Shown here: positions 56,202 through 64,000 of the stretch, piece by piece
Numbering within the stretch: the stretch's first letter is position 1
Layout of the letters: each line of letters starts with the position of its first letter
NCBI GenBank assembly: GCA_951406725.2
Contig: OX597821.1
Location: 9,858,001-9,922,000 of the forward strand
Direction: 5' to 3'
Origin: Octopus vulgaris
Lineage: Eukaryota
DNA length: 64,000 bases
The notes under the pieces: model-generated
Seen by the model: only the letters and a program-made list of their open reading frames with translations
The model's database searches: none
What the model was told of the DNA's origin: nothing
Made by a program: the position numbers and the translations under genes

Positions 56202-57000
56202 TGTCTGTGAGTGTGTGTGTGTATGTATGTATCTATGGATGTATATGTAAACGAACTTCAGTTTTGTTACACTAAAGGCAAACGAATTTTACTTTTAAAT
56301 GCAAATTTACTGCCGTCACCTTGCACACATCATACACACAAATATATGTGTATATATTCACATATTCATAAATGAAAATGTACGTGTATACGTAAGTGCA
56401 TAAAAAAGTGCATATTTATGTTTGTGAATCCGTTTGCATGCGTGTGTGCGTTTGCATGTCTGTGCAGTTGTATAATAAATTTCCTTTGATATCTACGTCA
56501 GAAGGATGAAAAATTAAAGATATTCTGATCTTTCTCACTGCCACCATCTAGACAAAAATGATGGCGTCATGAATGTCAGTATTATTTATATATATCGTAA
56601 AATTTCCACCTTCAACTAATTCGTGTGATTTATGTTTTGTTGTATAAGCAGCATAATAGCTAGTACAGCACTTCACCTGATATGCCTTTCATTCTATATA
56701 ATTTTGCACTAATTTTTTTTCATATTGCTACTAAACTCAGACCTATCTCACACTTTTCGCTGTCTTTTTCTTACCATGTCACTATTTTCTACATCCGTTA
56801 CTCTCTCTACTTTTTATTTTATACTTGTTTACACTTACATCCAAATATCTCAAAGAGATTGCCTTTTTCTTTCGGAAAATATTTTCCTATTAATCTCAAG
56901 TTACACTGCACATAAAAACGGTATTTTGTGTGATGTGACATAACACAATGAATGCAGAAGTTGTCTTGTTGCATTATACCACATTTGTTTGACGAATACC

Positions 57001-57050
<50 letters not shown>

Positions 57051-57209
57051 TTGAACAATTATATTAAAATCATTGCATACAATATTTCAGTGAACAGCCC
57101 AGCCCGGAATTAAAACCAGGTAGCCAATTAGCTTTTAGTGTATTGAACGAACACTCCATGCACATCCACACACACACACACACACACATAAATAAGTAAA
57201 TTGACCAAT

Positions 57210-57577
57210 ACTCTTTTACTTGTTTCAGTCATTTGACTGCGGCCATGCTGGAGCACCGCCTTTAATCGAGCAACTCGACCCCGGGACTTATTCTTTTGTA
57301 AGCCCAGTACTTATTGTATCGGTCTCTTTTGCCGAACCGCTAAGTAACGGGGACATAAATACATCAGCATCGGTTGTCAAGCAATAATAGGGGGACAAAT
57401 ACAGACACACAAACACACACGCATATATATATATATAAATATATATACGACGGGCTTCTTTCAGTTTCCGTCTACCAATTCCACTCACAAGGCTATGCCC
57501 AAGGTGCCACGCAGTGGGACTGAACCCGGAACCATGTGGTTGGCTAGCAAGCTACTTACCACACAGCCACTCCTGCG
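57210..57577 (-). mobile_element. SINE family B with a short internal deletion
   Basis: Homology to the other copies. Confidence 0.92.
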
Positions 57578-57656
57578 ACAAGCAAATTTATATTTCTTTT
57601 ATATTGAAGTTAACAGACTGAGACCGTGCACATACAAGGTTTAAACGTTTGTTAGT

Positions 57657-57705
57657 AAATATAGGACGTTAAAATATAGGACGTTCAAATATAGGACGTT
57701 CAAAT
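57657..57705. repeat. 15-bp unit, three tandem copies
   Basis: AAATATAGGACGTT[A/C] occurs three times. Confidence 0.9.
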
Positions 57706-58870
57706 TGCATAGGTTGGTAAAGCATACACACCCTTTATTCAAATCTACAACCGTCCATATTCTCCATCGCTAACTCAACTCACGAATCCTTTTCGTAAAA
57801 TCTTCGGATAGGCACTGTTAATCCCCTTCTTTGCAGCTACGTTTACCTCTTCTGTTCAATTTAATACTTATCCATTTTATCGCACAAGTGGAAATCAATG
57901 GCGTCTCGTTATATTTCATGCCTCATTTACATCAAAATTTCAATTTTCATTCTCGCTACAGAAACTTGCATATGTATGTAATGAAGCATGTATGTCTATC
58001 AGTTTAGCAACACTACTACATATGAATTGCTTTCACCACATAACACTGCCACAAGTTTCATATCATTGTGCCGTTGTGTATATGTTGGTCAGAGATGACG
58101 AATGATTTATTTATTTTCGTAATCAATATACTTTTAAATTACAAAACTGGCAATATTTTAAAAACTATTGATAATATTATAATTTTAATTATTATGTTTT
58201 TGTTTAAAAGTTCAGTGCTTAATAATTTATCATTTTACAAGCCTCCTGGCCTTAGTGCTATATATCATAAGTTATATGATAATTATTTTAGTACATCAAT
58301 ATATCATATATTTCTTTCACTAAGGACAATATAATTTTTCTATATAAGTAATAACATTTTCATTTCATCATACTTTTCACACTCATTTTCGATTATTTCC
58401 ATATTTTTTGGAATATTTCGTATCAGGTTCAAAGAGTTCAGTCATGATAGTGTTCACCACAGGTAATCTTTAATGTGTATTATATAGACATTCAAATTTG
58501 AGATCCACTGCTAAGAATTTCATGTAACTCTGTGGGCTCTGATTAATTCATCACGATCGTGAACGTCGAGATTAGAATCATGCCAAGAAGCTTTAATGGT
58601 ATTTTGATACGCTATTTTCTCTACTAAATATTTCACTATGCTTGTTTTAACCCACTTTCTGTTTTGCATTTTCTCTTCCGCCTTGTCCTATGCGCTTCCC
58701 TCTTATCTGTCTCATATTTATGGTCTTTGCTCCTAGTTCTTTATCATATTTCTTGCGTCATTTTCTATTTGTTTTATAGGTATTTCTTTTGTTTCAATTT
58801 ATATCTATTGTATTTTATTTGCATATTTTTAAGGTATATTTGATTAATATCTCATATATGTACATATGTG

Positions 58871-59035
58871 AGGTAGCAAGTTGGCAGAATTTTTATCAGG
58901 CTGTGCAAAATGCTGTAGCGGCCTTTCGTCCGTCTTGATGTACTTAGTCCAAATCGCATTTCATCATTCGGCGTCGATGGAACAGGCACAAACTGAGCAC
59001 TTGGGTCGATGTAATCGACTTGCGACCTCCTCAGC
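58871..59035 (+). mobile_element. Old SINE, family C
   Basis: GCAAGTTGGCAGAAT...AAAATGC...CTGAGCACTTGGGTCGATGTAATCGACTT. Confidence 0.65.
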
Positions 59036-59111
59036 AATTGTGTATGAGCACATGTGAAATTCTCCGTAAGTATGTGTGCATGTATGTATATATGCATATA
59101 TGTATGCATGA

Positions 59112-59157
<46 letters not shown>

Positions 59158-59183
59158 AAATATATCTATCTATATATATATAT

Positions 59184-59247
<64 letters not shown>

Positions 59248-61146
59248 TTCTATAAGTTAACATGTGCGTGTGTGTGTGTGTAAGTGTAGACTGATTTATT
59301 AAACACTTATTCATACCAGTTGTATGCATGTAACATTTTATTTCATGTCAGGAGAATAACATCCCGTACACGATAGCTTGAATGTCTTGGTTGTTCGGCC
59401 TATTCGCGTTTTTTAAGTAATTGTTACGTGCCAATATAGTTTATTTGTCGGTTGTGAAGAGCTAAGTACCAAATTATATAAAACGTATATGATAATACTG
59501 TATTTTAATAGAACTTCAGCCACTAATATTAGCATTTTTTAGGCAGCTGGATAATTGTAAAGCAATTTACTCTTATCTATTCGTCCTCAAAATCGCCTTA
59601 CGTCGTTATAAAATCATGTTGCAATACTATCCTTTGAGGGTGGGAAGTTAGTTTAGTGTTTTTATATGAATCATATATGAATTTAACAAATTTTGCCGAG
59701 TCACGTAACTAATATTTGAATATGTTTGAAATATTCCTTGTATCTGGTCGAACTGACAACAGACTATTTTAACAATCGTTGATACGGTCTGACTGTGCAT
59801 TGTAAAATATGAATGTGTTCTTTAGCATATAAATGTTTGGGAGCGGCGAAGAGGAGAGAAAATAAATATAAAAGATTTATTAACCTATATTGAATCCAGT
59901 CGATTGAATCAAGTGACATATCCAGCTAGTTAATGGCTTTAGATAAACTTTCGATAATATTATGCTGTCATAATTAGCGACTGTTTGGAGAACCAGCATG
60001 TGAAGTGATCGATATTCAACTTTCATTTTCGTGGCTATGCTTGCTCGTGTGTTTGAACAAGCAGGGCATGAAATATATTTTCCTTGTTTGCTGACAGCAA
60101 TATCAGTTATGAATTATGTGAATTTCTGAGTAAACGCAAGTACAAGAAAATATCCATTTATTCGTTCTGGTCCATTAAATTTAATGCCAATATGGGTAAT
60201 CTGTCTGGTCTTCTTCCAATGGACAAAGCAAACATTACTATAAAACACAGTGGACATATTATTACCTTTTCCTTCGTTTTTACTTTCTTATTTTTTTTTT
60301 TCTAGCCTGATTGCAAGATTTATTTTTCATCCTTCAAAGACATGGAACAAATCAAACTGAAGAAATTGATTTATTGTTAGCAATTGGTTGTCTTGGAACA
60401 CGTTATATATTGTTTCATATTTGAGTTATCACCCATGAAATTACAGTTCAAATTCTAGCATATATCTTAGAGGAAATTATCCAATAATTTCATTTTTATT
60501 TCATCCAAAACAAAAGTTATTTTCAAAGAAAATGAGAGGACTGTTTGCAAATGCTTAATGCATGTGCGTGTAAGCCTCTATATTATTTAGATGTGTATGT
60601 AGATAGGTGTGTTTATACACAGACAGACATACACACAATCATATGTATAATACACATACACACAGACATATATATTTTGAGAGCGGGATATATATATATA
60701 GTGACAGAGAGAGAGAGGCAGTGACAGGGAGAGCAAGAAACAGAGAATGAGTGGCAATATGAGGGTACAAAGATTTGAAAGAATTGGAAGAAGTAAAAAA
60801 CATGGAAAAAAGGAACATAATTTTCGAAGAAAAATTATTTCCGTGACGTTAAGATAAGTGGAAAAAAGTTAATTACGATATTCCAGACATTGTTTTTGCA
60901 TTTCTGCTTTAGTATAAGTGTTCAGTAGAAAGATAGAATACAAAATTAGGAAATCAAATCATGCATGTATGTGTCTTTGTATGAATATATGTGTATTTAT
61001 TCATATATGATACATCTATAGAAAAATAAGTATATATAATTAGATATAACACATATGTGTGTATGAGTGCAGCAGGGCAGCTTTTGTGTGAGTGCATGTG
61101 TGTGAACAACATTGCTCAAAGTTTCCGGATTTAAACATAAACATCC

Positions 61147-61547
61147 CTCTTTTACTTTTTTACTTGTTTCAGTCATTTGACTGCGGCCATGCTGGAGCAC
61201 CGCCTTTAGTCGAGCAAATCGACCCCGGGACTTATTCTTTGTAAGCCCAGTACTTATTGCATCGGTCTCTTTTGCCGAACCGATAAGTGACAGGGACGTA
61301 AACACACGGTTGTCAAGCAATGCTAGGGGGACAAACACAGACACATAAACACACACACATACATATATACATATACATATATACGACAGGCTTCTTTCAG
61401 TTTCCGTCAACCAAATCCACTCACAAGGCATTGGTCGGCCCGGGGCTATAGCAGAAGACACTTGCCCAAGGTGCCACACAGTGGGACTGAACCCGGAACC
61501 ATGTGGTTGGTTAGCAAGCTACTTACCACACAGCCACTCCTGCGCCT
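61147..61547 (-). mobile_element. SINE family B
   Basis: Homology to the other copies. Confidence 0.92.
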
Positions 61548-61607
61548 GTATAAATATTTTTTCTTTTCTTTACAAAAACAATATTATTGATAGAACACAA
61601 TCATGTC

Positions 61608-62143
61608 GAAAGAATGGAGTCGAAAGAAGATGTTAACAAAATTCCTTTACTCTCGACACATGTTTCCTCCGAACATTCTTTCAATCAACGTACACTTCCC
61701 CTTCCCTACCTATCACTCCTTTATATATTACCTTACTACTACCTATCTTTGACGTATGTCTCTCTCACACACACAGACACAAATGCACTTGTATACACAC
61801 ACATAAACACACGCACTCATTAACACAAGCACACATCCACACATTTCCATACATACAACAAACATACTGTCCCCTACCTATTTTTACTTCCTCCTACTAT
61901 CCATTTTTGACGTCAATGCTTATAACGGATTTTTAAAAAAAAAACACTCATTATCGCTTTGGCTACCATGTAGGCAATCATCGAAATTTTTGTTTGTCTT
62001 GTTGTTGAGAGAGGCTCCTTTTCTTTCCTGATGAGAAGATTGCATAATGCACCCTTTATTCCTTCGGAATGAAAATATGCTGTCGAAACATGTGTCGAGA
62101 GTAAAGGAATTTTGTTAACATCTTCGTTCGACTCCATTCTTTC
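61608..62143 (+). mobile_element. Short Penelope-like or retrozyme-like insertion with a 59-bp inverted terminal copy
   Basis: 61608-61666 equals the reverse complement of 62085-62143 with one mismatch. Contains an HHR and ends at (TA)n. Confidence 0.7.
62016..62108 (+). ncRNA. Type I hammerhead ribozyme candidate
   Basis: Stem I TCCTTTTCTTTC/GAGAGTAAAGGA pairs at 11 of 12 positions including one G-U. CTGATGA at 62028-62034, branched stem II, GAAAC-ATGT-GTC at 62085-62096. Confidence 0.72.
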
Positions 62144-62175
62144 ATTTATATATATATATATAAATATACTTATAC

Positions 62176-62217
<42 letters not shown>

Positions 62218-62225
62218 TTATACAC

Positions 62226-62269
<44 letters not shown>

Positions 62270-62320
62270 ACACACACACATGCATACATATATATAGCAA
62301 TACATAAATATACATATATA

Positions 62321-62376
<56 letters not shown>

Positions 62377-62421
62377 TATACATGAACCCTCTTATTCTAT
62401 ATGCACATGTGTGTGAGTATT

Positions 62422-62484
<63 letters not shown>

Positions 62485-62485
62485 G

Positions 62486-62517
<32 letters not shown>

Positions 62518-63103
62518 TTATAATATTTGTTTACACATGTTTATATACATTATATGCGTATAATATATATACATATGTATGTGTATGTGTGTGTGTGTAT
62601 GTGCAGATATATCTGGCATTCTGTTAGTTGTAACTACGTGGGTTTTTGTTAGATCTGATCGATGGAAGAGTATGCTTGAGCACATAAGTGAGCATTCTAT
62701 ATGCCGGGCTCTGTTCGCGTAGTTATTAAGCTCTGTGTTTGCAAGTCAAAATGAGTCACTGTGAAACACAGGTACGAAACGTTTCTGCCAGATGACCTGA
62801 CAACACGAAAGTAATTGTGTTGCGGAAGACCTGAACGCGCCATCGGCTATCCAACACAAATCTTATAATCGTAAGCCGAATACCTTATCAACTGAGCCGC
62901 GCTCGTTCAAAATGTATGCGTGTGTGTTTGTGTGCGTGTGAGTTTGTGTGTTTGTCTTTGCGTGTATATGTGTGTATGTGTGTGCGTATGCATCCATGTA
63001 TGGGGTGAGAGTCAGAAATATTCAAAGATAGATAGGTAGGTAGGTAGGTAGGCAGGTAGGTAGATAGATAGATAGAGAGAGAGAGGTAGCGATAGATAAA
63101 TAG

Positions 63104-63201
<98 letters not shown>

Positions 63202-64000
63202 AAATACCTCAACATATGTTTGTACAGTGAATTTTAAGATCTCAGAAGTAAATATCGCATAATATTTCTAAGTGCAAAATGTATTTATATTTTTGTTAAT
63301 GTGTTTTCAAATCAAATATCTTGTGCGATATACACAGTGTCTCTACTCATAACCCAATCCCAGTTTCTGTTTCTGAAAGGCAATAGAATATATTTGAGGA
63401 AATTTGGCAACTATTTCTGGCAGATTCAAGCTCTACGTAGACGATATCTTATGCATAACCATGCAGAATCTTTGTATATCTAGTACGTCACATTTAGAAT
63501 TAATATTTGCGAAATATTTTGTTGTTCTTTGATCTAAAGTTTCTGTTTCTTCTCATACTGATAGCAACTTTAGATGAATGGATTTTTATTTGAAGAAGGT
63601 TTGACGTTTTTAATGATGTATTTGTTGGTAGTCACATATCTTAATAGCATAAAACGTGACTGGGTGCACACATTACTTTAGCTCTAAGTTTATGTTAACA
63701 AATATTCATTAGCATACATTAGGAACGCTGCAATACACTTATAAATGTTTCAGTGATATCTTCTTGTCACTTTATGGGGAAATTTTAGATAGCATAATAT
63801 GAAGTAATGCAACGTATAACTATAGTCATATTTAATCATGCACATAAGCAAAAAGAATTTACAAGAAATTATACTGATCATATTAAGTTGAATGTAGGAA
63901 CTATCGTTAATAGTATAGATAAAATTTGCTAAGTCTGTGAGTAGGCTGAGTGATTAACGCATTGGGAAAATGCTTAATGGAATTACGTTCTGAATTCAAA

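Noticed and set aside
57657-57705. CRISPR-like repeats
   Set aside because: Contiguous tandem units without spacers, in a eukaryotic context with no cas genes.
61587-62383. Two ORFs sharing [19 protein letters not shown]
   Set aside because: An artefact of the 59-bp inverted duplication.
62760-62850. GAAACGTTTC palindrome and CAACAC/GTGTTG hairpin as a ribozyme
   Set aside because: No CUGANGA box in a compatible position on either strand.

Overview
AT-rich, microsatellite-dense, repeat-dominated animal DNA. The tRNA-derived SINE families look like those of octopus or another coleoid cephalopod; this is inferred from the repeats and not verified. No intact protein-coding gene is present, and almost every ORF in the supplied track is a microsatellite or repeat artefact. 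The window holds three SINE families (several copies with target-site duplications), decayed R4/Dong-type LINEs associated with (TAA)n arrays, and another restriction-like-endonuclease LINE. It also holds mariner, Tc1, DD37D-like and DD41D-like transposon fossils, two MITEs, non-autonomous Helitrons and a Penelope-like GIY-YIG remnant. One candidate first coding exon (minus strand, 8753-8843) lies next to a motif-rich putative promoter. The most notable signal is a set of hammerhead-ribozyme (HHR) motifs: one with an intact core at 62016-62108 and several degenerate ones. Several of these sit in short, mutually dissimilar elements with an inverted partial copy of their own end, consistent with Penelope-like or retrozyme-like non-autonomous retroelements. 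All calls were made by eye, so coordinates of old repeats are approximate.
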